Of a stretch of DNA of 64,000 nt, positions 12,870 through 26,700 are shown piece by piece. The stretch comes from Paraspadella gotoi. Lineage: Eukaryota > Animalia > Chaetognatha. The notes beneath the pieces are model-generated. The model was given only the letters and a program-made list of their open reading frames with translations, was not told where the DNA came from and did not search any database. Each line of letters starts with the position of its first letter. Position 1 is the first letter of the stretch. The stretch spans positions 24,230,411 through 24,294,410 of the forward strand of contig CM119266.1 in NCBI GenBank assembly GCA_051294375.1, given 5' to 3'. The translations under genes and the position numbers were made by a program.

Positions 12870-14980
12870 ATGGCACGAAGTTTTTGTTTAAATTATATTT
12901 AACGTTATATGCCGCATTTGCAAGCCGCGTCTAGACGAAACGAAATATCTCGTCGTGGATTAGGGCGGGAAGGGGTTAAAAGAGTATATCACTAGCTAGA
13001 AGGAAAGTACACAGGTATGGTTTTGAAGGAAAATAACAGACACCAAAAGGATGACGAAGACAAAAAAACAGAAAGATGTACAGTGGCGATCGCAATAGGA
13101 GCGGAAGTAAGGCTGGCAAAAGAGAAGATTTTAGCACAATGGCCAACGTTGAGATTCCAGAAAATTTTAAAGCATGGTAAACATTAGGCCGAAGGTACAC
13201 ATCACACAATGAGCCCTAGTTGACTCTTACGTTCTTAACTAAAAAGGCGATCAAAGAGTATGGAAATAGTTCTTCAAAGGGTCATACCTTGATCATTTTG
13301 CTGCAGTAGAAATCGATGCGAGCTCTATGAATTATAAAACTTTTCGTTAGATCATCGGTTGTATTAAATTTTATAATTTCTAAATATAGAGCTTTATCTG
13401 TAAAGTTTCGCTCGAGCCATGCGTCCTTAATTTTCGTAATAATCTTCATCATTATAAAACTAGATGAGTATGAAAGAAAAATAAAAATAAACGTAGTTGA
13501 TACCCAGAAACGCATCAAGTACGGGATCGTTGAGACCGAGAACACGTCGTTTCTTAGAGCAAACCCATTAAGATTCCCCAGAAACAGGAAAGGACGGCGA
13601 TGTGGCGCCAAATGTTAAGGCCGGAGCCAACAAAAACGGCCTGAAGCTGACTAACATACGAATAGTGGATAAGACTTAAAGTTTAAGTCTCATAATATTT
13701 GGAATTTACAAGTGGTAATGCTGATGATATAGTTTAACATTTAAGCAATACAGGGAGGACCTACTGTTAAATTAATAGAAAATAGTACAGCAATTTGAGA
13801 ATATAAAAAAGAGTTTTTCATATGACGTAACTAAATTGAAAAATCGCAAAGAATTGTTTATTAATTTAAGCTAAAAATCTGCATTGCCTTGGCTGACAAT
13901 AGGAAGAAAACATGAAAGAAATTATCGAAATTACCTTTTATTATATGAGTATTATAGAAGTAGAACAAAGACAATTAAAACAGCAATGAGATAGCAAGAA
14001 AAGGCAAAGAACAAAGAATTATAGACTTTAGCGACTTAATAGGCGATCAACATCGCCAATACAACCATCTAAAATAGAATAATGAATGGTAGAANNNNNN
14101 NNNNNNNNNNNNNNNNNNNGTTTTTTTTTTTCGGTTTGTTTGTTAAATCGTCGATTTTGCAAAAAGCATTTTTAAACTGACCCAAATCGAGGCAGACGTA
14201 GAGAAAGAAAGAAACCTACAATCACGAGGTTTTTGTTTTAATTATATTTTTACGTTTATATGCGTTTTCAGCCGCGTAGAGAAAACGAAATATCTCGTCG
14301 TGATTTTAAAAAAATATATCCCTGTCCTTTTTTGAAGGAAAATAACCACCAAAGCAAGAAAACAGAATTCACATGCGGCCTTGAAATTTAACGTAACAAA
14401 TGCCGAAGGTACAATAACAATGAGCTCCGTGTTTTTAAAAACCCAAAAGGGAAAAGTCTTCAAGGGCATTTGATTATTTTTGCCTATGCGGCTATGTTAT
14501 ATCGGTTGTTTAATTTTATAATTTTAAATTAGAGCTTTATCTGTAAAGTTTCCTCGAGCCATCGTCCTTATTTTCTAATAATCTTCATCATAAAAAACTA
14601 AGATGGATGAAAGAAAAAAAAAACGAGGTTGAGCCCCAACGCATCAGTCGGATCGTTGAGACCCTCGTTTCTTGACTCCCTTAAATTCCCCGGCGACGGC
14701 GATGGCCATGTTAGGCCGGAGCCAACAACCCTGAACGCTCTCGTTATGTAGACTTTAAGTTTAATCTCTTATGAATTTACTGGTGCTATATAATGTTACA
14801 GACTAAGCTGTTAAATTAAATAACAATCGCTTTATTAAAGATTTTTCTATCTAATGAAAAATCGCAAGATTGTATTATTTTCTAAATCTCTCTCTAAAAA
14901 CTGAAAGAATTATGAATTCTTTTTTTTATTAAAATGCAGAGAACAAACAGCAATAGATATCGCATTAATCTTACGCTTTA
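12870..14980 (+). repeat. Imperfect direct duplication (~12870-14050 vs ~14220-14980) around a 25-N gap
   Basis: Shared co-linear blocks such as gaaacgaaatatctcgtcgtg/aaaacgaaatatctcgtcgtg, agagctttatctgtaaagttt, ggatcgttgagacc and gaaaaatcgcaa. The first copy is insertion-rich and the second deletion-rich. Confidence 0.85.
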
Positions 14981-14981
14981 G

Positions 14982-15103
14982 CCAATCGCCATCCTCACCT
15001 CCAACCAATCAAAATCCTCCCTCATACCCAATCACCATTCTATTCTTCTAGCCAATCAACATCCAGCCTAACGTCCAATCAGCCCCTTCCCCTCCAGCCA
15101 ATC
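14982..15103 (+). promoter_or_regulatory. Phased array of six CCAATC boxes (23-24 bp period)
   Basis: CCAAT starts at 14982, 15005, 15028, 15052, 15075 and 15098, with diverged spacers. Confidence 0.6.
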
Positions 15104-15358
15104 ATCGACCGACCGATTATTTCCATCTATCCCCCCACCCTCCTACATTTTCTCTCTCGACCCCCCCCGCGCGACGGGAGAGGGATAGCGACCGCGCAAT
15201 GGCCGTCGCGGGCCAGAGGCCAACAACCCGCCGTTATTTAGGCCTGAATCTCCTCTTTATAATCGAATATATCTCGCACTTATGTGGCAGATACTCGGCC
15301 GTTTCAGCGAAAGCGGGGGGAGGGAAGCTTGGCGATGTGACGGGGGAAAGATACCGAG

Positions 15359-15403
<45 letters not shown>

Positions 15404-16229
15404 AGGGGAGAAAGAGAAGAATTTATGCTGGTCTTTATGCCTCGTTAGAGGGTGGAAAAAAAAAGGGATGGAACGGCGGCGTCGGTGGTGGAAGGCTTCG
15501 TGGTTGGTTTCGGTCGCGGTCGAAGGTGGAATTAAAAAGAGAGGAAATCGACTTTTGAAGAGAATAAGGACTCCGAGAATAATTTTTCCAAATGTTTTAT
15601 ATTTTATAATACTTATAATGCAAGATAGTAATGGACACGAAATTTTCAAATTTTGCATTTAATTAGGAAAGGAATAAATAAGAAAATCAAATTATCTTCA
15701 AGCAAATATACCCCGCGTTTTTTCTCGCCCCCACGCAGGACAACGACACCGTTGGTTTAGACATCATTTCTCTGGCTGATGGCATCAGAAGCCGCAATAA
15801 AAAAGCAGAAATTCTCGTAAATCGTCTCGGCTTCCAATTACCGACGACGACGATGACGACGACGACAACGACGACAACGAAGACGACGTCGAAATGAGCG
15901 GCGGAAAAGATGGAACCGCGAGGGGAAAAAAAGCAGCTTCCAGCGGATGGAATGGAATTTTGAGGATTAGAGAGAGAGAGAGAGAGATGAGAGGAGAGAA
16001 AGAGACGAGAGAGAGATAGGCGAGACGAGGAGAGAGAGAGAGAGAAAGAGATGAGAAATAACCAAAAGAGAATGGCATTTTTTCCTGGGAAAAATGGCGC
16101 CAAAACAGTTTGCGTTAGTCTTTCCAACACAAAAAAAGAAAGCAACAGAAAGGGGGGAGAAAATATGAGCGAGTGAGAGAGAGAACGAGAGAGAGCAGAG
16201 ATAGAAGAGAGAGAAATGAGAGATACGAG

Positions 16230-16267
<38 letters not shown>

Positions 16268-16642
16268 AGCTTTTGTATTCGCCATGAAAGAATTGTGTTA
16301 TTCGAAAACAACTCATCCGTGAAGGGTGTTTTTTACGCCGTCGTTTTGCTGTTTTTGCTGTTATTTTTATGCTGCAACTTTGGCCGTTTGTTGGCGTTTC
16401 CAATTTCGCCGCGGGTGTTTATCGCAGAGGGACAAACAGATTTAGTAGTTTGACATTTTCGTAATTATTATTCCCCACTCTTTATATTCAAGATTCATTT
16501 CATTAGGCTTCAAATTCCCACAAGTCATCGCTTATCATGAGTGTTACATGGTAAGTACGTATAGTCGTCGTATAGTCTGCATTGCGTCTGGAAAATAAAG
16601 GATTTTAAAGGTTAAAGTATTTTTCAATTCCTCAGTCGATAA

Positions 16643-16673
<31 letters not shown>

Positions 16674-16704
16674 TCTATCTCACTCTCTCTCTCCTCTCTC
16701 TCTC

Positions 16705-16758
<54 letters not shown>

Positions 16759-17210
16759 TCTCTCTTGTAGCGCAAATTGAAAAAACGGATTAACTGCAAA
16801 CGAAAATAGTTTCATAAACATTTTACGAGAATTGGCGAGATCTCGCGAAAGACAACTCTTTGACCTGAATCGTTGTTGTTGTTGCCATTTCGGAGATCAT
16901 CTTAAAAACTGTACATTTTAACCATGATTTGATTTTGTCATATATACTATCCTCGCCTCAACTTAATAAAATATTTGAGTGCACTCGAACTCAAGGCTTC
17001 CACGCTGGACTGTCCAAGAGTGGCCGGCATGTGGGTTGACGAGAGAGTAAAACTGTGACACAATGCGTTGCTGCGTCGGTGAGCGGTTATTGCGAAAGTT
17101 AGTTGAGTCAGGTCTTTCTCGTTCTATCTTGTTTAGTCTCTTCCACTTTTCTCTCATTTTTACATCCCTTCACCTTCTCTCTTCTCTTTCTCTCTCTCTC
17201 TTCCTCTTCT

Positions 17211-17246
<36 letters not shown>

Positions 17247-17829
17247 AACTCCTCATGGATAGTAAGCGGCACAATAACAACGACGAGGTCGAGGCCCGGT
17301 CGCGCGGATCCTGCCGCTGCCGTCGCGGCAGCAGCGAGCGGCGATCTCGGCAGCCTCTGCGGCTGCGGCGGCGGCTTCGTTCTCCCGCCCAAAAAAATAT
17401 ATATAAGAAAAAAAAAAGAGGAGAGCAGTCGGTTTCTCGCCGGCCCCCCGGCGGGCGGCGCGGCGCGGGGCGGGCGCGAAAACCGCGGCGGGGTCCGGGG
17501 GTTTCCATCCATTCTTCCATCGCCGTTTTTACCGCTTATACGATCCTTCGGAGGAACGTAAATTCAAATTTTCTCTCATTTCCTTATTTTTTATTCGTTA
17601 TTTGTATTTATTTTTTGGTAGGTGGAAAGTATTTTTTTTTTTCGTAAAAAAAGTAATATATTTTGTATCAAACTCTATATCAAGAAACTTTGTTGATCTT
17701 AGTCATGATTCTAAGAGACAGAAAAATGGATGGTCTCGGTCGGACGACGGTTCGGGTCAGCCGAGTCGGCACGGGCCTTGGGTTCTTTCCTAAACCGCCC
17801 AACGCCCAACGCTCAACGGCGGATTCGGC

Positions 17830-17883
17830 GAGAGCTCAACGCGGTCAGCCCAAGAAGAGAGCTCAACGCGGTCAGCCCAAGAA
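17830..17883 (+). repeat. Perfect 27-bp tandem duplication
   Basis: GAGAGCTCAACGCGGTCAGCCCAAGAA present twice. Confidence 0.9.
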
Positions 17884-18399
17884 ATCGCCTCGTTTTTTGG
17901 CTTCTTTGTCGACATCGGAAAAAAGATCGTCAATCCACTTGCACCTTCGGGTAAGTTTAGATTGTTCAATTTGCTATTTTTTTTAAATTGTTCAGATTTT
18001 TGGCATATATATTCAATATTTATCTAATCTTTTTTTTTTAAATCGCCCTAGTTTTTATGAATACGTAATAATAATTATATTGCTTATTTACGAGTATACT
18101 TATCTTGTTTTGAACTCTCCCTAAAAATCATTCTTTGCATTTTTCTTTATCGACCCAAAGGTGGGATGAGATCCAATAGAACCGTTAAAGGGCGAAAGGG
18201 AGAGGAAGCCTCGGGGACCCAGGGTGAGGTCGCCAGGGGCAGGGCGAGCCTTTCTCTTTCTAGGCCCGGCCTCCGGGGAACCTTTTGGCCATCGTAATTG
18301 GGTACTTTGGATTTATGAAGGGAGGAGTCATCGTGTAACTGCTCATTTATATGCAAAGGCATCCAAGCCATTTCTCCTTTTCTTTTATGCCCCCTTACC

Positions 18400-18534
<135 letters not shown>

Positions 18535-18834
18535 CCTCTTCCTGTGATGACCCTGTCTCTTCGTCTTTCCTCTTTGCCATTTACTCAGTTTTTCCTTTCC
18601 TCTTTTTTTTCTTTCAGTTATTTTCTTTGAGCAACTTAGTTCGCTAATGACGTCAACTCAAGGAAAAGAGATAATTATTAGATTTTCTTTTATTCCTTGA
18701 CGTGAAATGTGAAAAAAGTTAGTTTGTTAAAAAGTTATAGTATTTAAACGTATATATAATATGGTTTTCTGTTACAATTTTCTAATTACATTTCCTTGTA
18801 ACGTTATTAGTATGGGTTATCAAGGCTGCCTCAT

Positions 18835-18873
<39 letters not shown>

Positions 18874-18876
18874 ATT

Positions 18877-18917
<41 letters not shown>

Positions 18918-19139
18918 TTCTGAGTCTCTCCCAAAAACCATTTCCGGTGGTTTGTAGGCGCGCCCCTAACCTTTTCAGGCCGCCACCCAAATCGCGGGAC
19001 GCTCCGTCTTCTTCTTCTTCTTCTTCGTCGTCGTCGTCGTCGTCGTCGTCGTTTTCGCCGGCGTCAATTTGTATGCAAAACCAATTTCCCTTTTCTCTTT
19101 CTGGTTTCGAGGGGCGGATCTGAGTCAGTTCGACGCCGA

Positions 19140-19565
19140 CGCCACCTTAGAGTTACCAACGCTCCTCGACAATGACCCTGGCACCACCTCGGGGTCACCC
19201 CAGCTTCTAGTCAATGATCCTAGCACAACCTTTGAGTCACCTCCATTACCGGCATCAACCTTCCATAATTCTGGAAACACCTTTGGGTTATTTGCTCTTT
19301 TTTAATCATTATAGCCAATCTTTTGGCTCAGCGGTCACCCTTGTTTCTCTTCACAACTCACAAAAATAAGGGGGCCACCTTTAAATCAATTTTTTGAGTA
19401 ACTATTCTCCCCCTAAATAACCCCGGCAATAACCATTGGTTAACCACCGCTCCTCTTCTATCACCCTGACATAACCTTGGGGTCACCCCCTCTCTTCTAA
19501 ATTCATAATGAACCTGGAACTACCTTAGAATCATTCCCGATCCTCTTCAATGATCCTGGCACGCA
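19140..19565. repeat. Degenerate ~42-bp minisatellite
   Basis: Recurrent caatga(c/t)cct(g/a)gcac..acct...g(g/a)gtcacc units near 19170, 19212, 19460, 19505 and 19548. Confidence 0.6.
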
Positions 19566-21503
19566 CTGAGCGACTTCACAGCTTCTGAGCCACTAAACTG
19601 TCTTTCTTCACTTACTCTTGTCACACGCTATTTTTAAAATTGTCACTGACAACAATCTCAAAAAATTGTCAACAATCCCAACCACCAAACAGAATCAAAA
19701 ATCCCCTTTTCCCACCAACCCACCCTCGTTACAATCCGGGTCAAAAACCCGCCCGACCATCTGAAACCCTTGGCACCAATTTCTTGGGCGATGAAGCAAT
19801 TTCACTCTAATTGCGGCAGTTCTTTTCTCCCGACTTCCACCGCCGGAAACGATCGGGCAATCAGAAATGTTTTTAGATCAATTTTTCATATATATTTTAT
19901 CAGTATTTAGTGAGATAAATTTATTTAAGTTTGTATCATCTTAACTTTTGAATACATATAGGGAGATATAGTACAAAATCAAAAACCTAAAATTTGTGCT
20001 CTAATATTTGAGAAAGATACTGAGAAATATTAAAATGATCATAGGTTGAGCTTTTTGGTGATAAATATATATATAAGAGTCGAAACATGTCTGTTCCTAT
20101 TAAAAATAAAATCGTTGTAGAAATAAAAACAAATTCTCTTTGCTAATTCACAACGAATCGAAAGGTTAACATCGAATAATGATATTTTCATTGAAAATAA
20201 CATCAAAAAGTGCAAATATGTCTTTAAGTTTAAGTTTAAATATGTTTAAATATCCCCAATCGGGCAATGTGAAACTATCGTTCGTTTTTCGCGAGCTTTG
20301 GTCATCCTTTGTCAAGCTTGGTCAAAATCTACAAGCGGTTCTACTTTGTCGGAAGATTGAGCAGTTTTGCCTCTTTGTCGAGCGGTGGGGCTGTCCCACC
20401 TTTGTCCGCAGATTGGGCAGTTCCTCAGAGGGCAATTTGGAAGCAGCGAATGATGATGGAATCGATGAGGTGGGAAAAGGGAAGAAAAGAAGTGGGAATG
20501 GGGAATGGGGAATATGTGTTGTATGGAGGGAATGAGAAAATGAGAAAAAGAAGAAAAAAGGGAAAGAGATAAGTAGCAGAGTCGAGATGGTGCAGCAGCA
20601 GCATGAGCAAAAGAGAGAAGAGCAACAGCTCAAAAACTTTAAATTAATTAATATATTCAAATAAAATTAAAAATTTCATTTAATGACTGATGGTCTCAGA
20701 GGAATCTCCCAAAAATTAATAATTTACTCTCCTTTTATATACATTATACAAAGATAAAAATAAAACAACCAATGAGAGGAGAGTTCACATTTTAAGAATA
20801 CAAATCAAAACATATACAAGTTATTATTAACCAATGTGAGACCAGATATTCAAATTCAATGTATAAAGTTCAACCAATGAGAGCCTTTAAACAGAATTAA
20901 TGGAGACACTTATTGAAACTTTAAATTAAAATATTTGAGCTTTTAAAAATAAAAGGTCGGGGCTCAATTCAGACAAAAAATATTATAAACTCTTAAGCAA
21001 AATATTTTGTCGAACCGGACCTGTTATACGACCGTCGACCATTCCGTGGATGTAACGGAAAAAATCGACAAAACTATTAATTGACGAACGCGTCATCCGG
21101 AGACGAATTCATTTTCGCCATAAAACGGAAATGCGAAAAAAATTCTATAAAATTATCGCCGACTCGACGATTTTTTAATCTTCGTCGTCGCTTTGCCTTT
21201 TGTTTTTTTTTCTCAGTAATTCTATTTTATCGCCGCTAAAGTCGTTTTAACGCGATTAAACGAAGCGTCCGATGGCGCGTCAGACGACTTGGCGTTCATT
21301 GACGTCATTTGCCAATGTTGACTTGGATACACAATTCTGTGAAAGTTTAGTTTTATTATTGACTCAACATTCAATGGTAGATTTTATTCCTTAATTTGTT
21401 TTCGTTGTGGGGATTGTACCTCGTAACAAGCAGTAGATTTTTCTCAAATCGTTTGTCACGAATTTCTATGTTGACGCGACTTTCCGGAACGTTTGCCAAC
21501 AAA

Positions 21504-21587
<84 letters not shown>

Positions 21588-21839
21588 TTCTCTCTCTCTC
21601 TCTCTCTCTCATTTNNNNNNNNNNNNNNNNNNNNNNNNNNNNNNNNNNNNNNNNNNNNNNNNNNNNNNNNNNNNNNNNNNNNNNNNNNNNNNNNNNNNNN
21701 NNNNNNNNNNNNNNNNNNNNNNNNNNNNNNNNNNNNNNNNNNNNNNNNNNNNNNNNNNNNNNNNNNNNNNNNNNNNNNNNNNNNNNNNNNNNNNNNNNNN
21801 NNNNNNNNNNNNNNNNNNNNNNNNNNNNNNNNNNNNNNN

Positions 21840-21872
<33 letters not shown>

Positions 21873-22362
21873 GTTTGTTATTTGTTTTTCTCGGAATATG
21901 GTGTTTGATCATGAGAGGAAAACGAAAAATACTCTGTGTATTTTGTAATTTGTAACAGAAAATTAAATATTATGTATTATGACATTTTGACACACTTTCC
22001 TCGTAAAAAGTATATATTTTTTTAAGTAAGATTTCCAGTTTAAAATCAAGGTCTAAAAAAAGAATAAGTTGGAGATAATATTTGTAGACATTTAACTTTC
22101 TATTCCAAAATAAAACATAGTACTGTCAAACCCCATCATCATTTGGCTTAACACAGAAAATCTATATGTTTTTTTTTTAAGAAATCTTTACTGACGGTGG
22201 GAAGGTTCGCTATTTCCACAAATCCTCACCTTATTGCGTCATTTCCTTTCTCCCGATGGAACAAAGAAAGATATCGTTTCGTCCGCAAACGTCTTTGGCG
22301 TCGTCGCACGCGAACACGTTAGCGGTGCGTGCACGACGCATGCGTTCGCCGGAAATAGCGTG

Positions 22363-22419
<57 letters not shown>

Positions 22420-23058
22420 CTAAGATATGGGGGATTTTTATGGGCCGGCATAGTGTGAAATTGGCATGTTTCAACGTTCTAGCTGAATGGGTCTTTCTGT
22501 AATTGCCTCCTGCAGGAATAGAAATGGGAAGAAAGGGTATTAGGAGTTGGAGAAAAAAAAGGCCCAGAGACGACGTCGCCCTCGTCGTTGTCGTCGTCGT
22601 CATCCTCGTTCGTCGTTCGAGTGGAAAAGAGGCAATTTTCAAGAGAGGGAAATGTATTTCGTAATGGGTGGTGGGTGGTTACAACTTACAAGTGGATTTC
22701 TTGGAGGAATTTTATTTTATGTTGTTCCAAGTAGGAACTTCCTTAATAAGGTGGAAAGTCAAAAACTCATTAAACAAGTTCAAACAAGTTAAACAAGTTG
22801 CTTTTTTTGTGTTACTAAATTCTAAAGTGGACTTATTGAAAGGAAGCGACTCTACCTCGTAAAGTTCCGAAAAGAGCCTTCCTCGCTGTAAACCCGTCCG
22901 ACCTGTACATTCAGTGTCTCGTCTCAAATATCGCCTCTGTCGCCTAAAAACGAAAAAANNNNNNNNNNAAAAAAAAAGGAGAATAAAAAAAGGAAGAGAA
23001 GTCGTAATCGAGGAGATTTCCAAGGATATTTTCTAAAAGTGCCTCTTTTCTCTTTCCC

Positions 23059-23096
<38 letters not shown>

Positions 23097-23623
23097 AGAT
23101 GATCTCAGAAAAAAAGGAGGGACATTTGCGAAGATTCATCGCTTTTTCTTCGCCTTCTTTCAGAGAGAGAGAGAGTGTATGTGTGAGAGTGAGAGGGCTC
23201 TTTTGCACAGCGCTATTCCCTTTTTTTGTGAAGAATATATTTTTTTTCTTTTTCCGAACGCACAGTGCAAAAGGTTTCGAAAATTGTTGCAATCAGCGTT
23301 GATGGCGACAGCTTTAGTCTTAAAGAATTTTTTAAGGTTTACCCATTTCAGCGTTATACGTATGTACTAAAAACCCAAACTCTTCAAGAAAGTAAACAGA
23401 CGGTTATGTAACGACTTATTTGGTGTGAATATAAACAGGAAGCAGATAAAGCGAAGAATTTCCTCGTTTTCAAGTTCCTCAGCCTTGCGTTGAATTTTTA
23501 AAATTTGCACGAACAATTGCTTTAACCATTTCATCGCAAGACAACGATTAGTGAAGTAAATCTTTACGAAAAATTCATAGGCGCATGAAAGAAAAATATA
23601 AGCCGGATGCATTGTTGACAGAC

Positions 23624-23675
<52 letters not shown>

Positions 23676-23689
23676 AGAGAGAGAGAGAG

Positions 23690-23727
<38 letters not shown>

Positions 23728-23752
23728 AGAGAGAGAAATAATAAATGCAAAA

Positions 23753-26700
23753 AAGTGAATTCTCTTCCTCATCTCGGAAACTCGGAAAATCGCCTCGGGT
23801 CACAAACTCATTCTTCATCGCTTTCAAATATTCAGCGAGATCGCGACGGCGGCCGAGAAGCGTCCGATGGTGGCGGCGGCGGGGGCGCGGCGGCGCGGCA
23901 GAAGAAAATTCGTCTCTTTGTCGGCGACGGCGGCCGGCCGGAACGGCGGTTTTTCTCGGCGGCGCCGGCCCAGATTCCCGCCATCTTCTCTGCGTATTCT
24001 TCGCCGCTCTTTTTTTTTGCCGCCGCTGGAAGTCGTTTCCGGCAAAGTGAAATGCGCCGGCCTTTGCCGAGCGATCTCGAGGGATCATCTAAAATCAAAC
24101 GCAATCTTCTCTTCATCCCCGAAATTCTCATTTTTATAAAGCAAAGAAACGACGACGTCCGCTTTACTCGCTTCGCTCTTTTTCTCCTCGATCCTTTCGC
24201 CTCCTTTAGCGCCCTTCGTTTTCGTATCGTTTATTCCCTCCTGTTTTTTCCCAATATCCAAACTTTTCCTTCAATCCACAGTTCTTCATGAATTCAATAA
24301 TAATTTGAACATTCTACCAGTATTGTGGCCAGGCCTAAACATTCTACAGTATGTGGCGAATCCTAAATTTACCTACCGTATAGTGGTGAAACTCACCTCG
24401 TCCATGGCTAGGACACAAGTACACATTCTCCAACTGTGACTTCCGGGTTCAATCCGTTCCCCAACCCATAGTATATCATTTTTTATGCTTCTTAAAAACG
24501 AGCTATCCTCTTCACGAACTCGCCATGGCTCCATTCCCATGTTTCATTTCATCCTACCTCCACTTTCCCAACGATCCTGTTATGGATTTAAAATTATCAC
24601 CAACCCCCCCCCATTCAACTTTCCTCACAACCCCTCGCCCTCCGTCGCATCATATATCCTCATTGCCCCCCCCCATCCATGTTCCGTCGACGCCCCATTG
24701 ACGCTGCGTCACCGCTCCCCGTGGCGCGCTTCTCGGCCATAACCGTCGCGGTTCAACGCCTCTTTCCCATTTCATCGAACGCTTCGCTTCCGGTCATTCC
24801 TCAACCCTCCTCTTCTTCTTCCTTCACCTGCGATTGTCGATCCGAGTCGACACCGCAACCCATTCCACTCTGTCGCACTCCTGTAACCACTCATTTCGTC
24901 ACTCTCTTGCTAGAGTTCGTCGAGGGTTTGACACGCCCACTTTATTAAGCAGTGAATGGGGATTAGAATCGCGAAAAAATAATTTACTTCCTCAATTTTC
25001 GTGTGTGAGGCAAGCTGAATTTTACTATCCGTACGCGTTAATTACGTAGTTTATTTTCGTTTCTCCATTTACACTTTAAAACACCTTTCTTCATAGTTTT
25101 AGAATTCCGTCTTCTTGTCCAAAGTCTTAACTTTCTTCATCTCCCTATTCCTCGCTCTCTTTTATCAGTTATTCATTCCTCTCTTCTTCCTACTACTTTT
25201 CACTCTCTCTCCTCTCATCTCTCTCTCTCTCATCTCTTCTTCTCTCTCTTCTCTCTCTCTCTCTCTTTAAGTCCTTAACGATCTTCGCCTTCTCACCTGG
25301 TCGTCATTTCTTCCTCGCGACGAATATTCTTCCGAGATCGGGAGAGCGGAAAAAAAATCGGAAATGTCACATCTATTGTCGCCCATATATCACTAGAAAA
25401 AAGGGAATCGTACTATGTTCATGATCGACCGTAAATAGAATAAGAATCATCCTACTTACCGCATACTCCGCTCTACAGCCATATTCAACACTATTCTCCA
25501 CTCTAACTCCAATAATTACTGCACCGCTTCTGGCAACTATATTATGCGTCTAACCTCACTCGGTCTTTAGGTTCTATTTGTTTACCCGCCTCCTTGTTGA
25601 GGTCCATGCGGGATTAGTACGGCCAGATTACCACCAAAAAAACAGCTGAGAGCAAAACATAATCAAAAAACAACATACTTACGGACAAAACAAAAATCAG
25701 TAGACGAACCCCCCTTTCTCATCTTCAGCAAACCATATGTTGACGCGCACTGACCCCGTAAGCCACGACATCGACCGTAACAGACATCACGACGCAGCAG
25801 ACCACGCACCGGAATGCGATACGAAACGCAGGCGCATCGGACACGTCACTCGCACAGCGGAAAACTAAAAGGGAAAGGAATTGGACGGAAAACGAACGAC
25901 TAGCACTGGACGACAGATACGGTACTCACACTGGTCGTATACGTCTAAGCTGAGCAGTACTTAGTCGGTACGGCAGGCCTCGTGCTAATTGGAAGCCGTC
26001 TCACTCCATACTCTCATACACGCATCATTCTCAATCTTCCCTCTCCACTATAGAAAAAAATTCTGTAGGGTGGTGAGTCGTATTTCATCGTGACGAAATT
26101 CGATTTTCACGAGAAGGGCGTACCCTCTACATTCTCTCATAATAAATGCACTTTCCGGGCTTAGACCGAGATTTTAAGCGAGTCAAGAAGAGAGAGAGCA
26201 GACGATAGAGAGAGGAGAGATGAGCACCAGCTATGAACTCATAGCGATTACGAGAGTGAGATGAACGCGCAAGTGGAGAGAGAGACGAGCGAAGAGAGAA
26301 CAGTATCGGCATATGCCTTCAGTGCCTTGTGCGGATTTTACATCTCCATATATGTTCATAACAACAATACGTCATTTCGGAATGTTGCGCCTCATCCCTG
26401 AGCGTTTAGATACTTTACGCGGAACTCCTCTTAGTATTCATGATTTTTATTATATTTACATGTTATCTCCAGGGAGTTTAACTACGGACCTTTGATTTTG
26501 TATTATAATATTACTTATCCTCTTTTAATAACATGACAATATTGCAACAGAACCTACTTTTGTTCATTTGAATTGTTTACAACCTACGGACATATTAGAT
26601 TATGGTTTCAAATATAGTCTTTACTTTTCTATGTATGATTAATTTGATTCATTTCAAAATTAATAGATTCTCACACACATCTAATTTATGTAGATATTAA

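Noticed and set aside
14982-15103. CRISPR-like repeat-spacer interpretation of the phased array
   Set aside because: The conserved core is only 6 bp, the spacers are related to each other, the context is eukaryotic and there are no cas genes.
23564-24291. Overlapping ORFs in the GC-rich block (and its copy at 34074-34814) as a protein-coding gene
   Set aside because: Several frames on both strands are open because of GC content, no domain is recognisable, and frames are not preserved between the copies.
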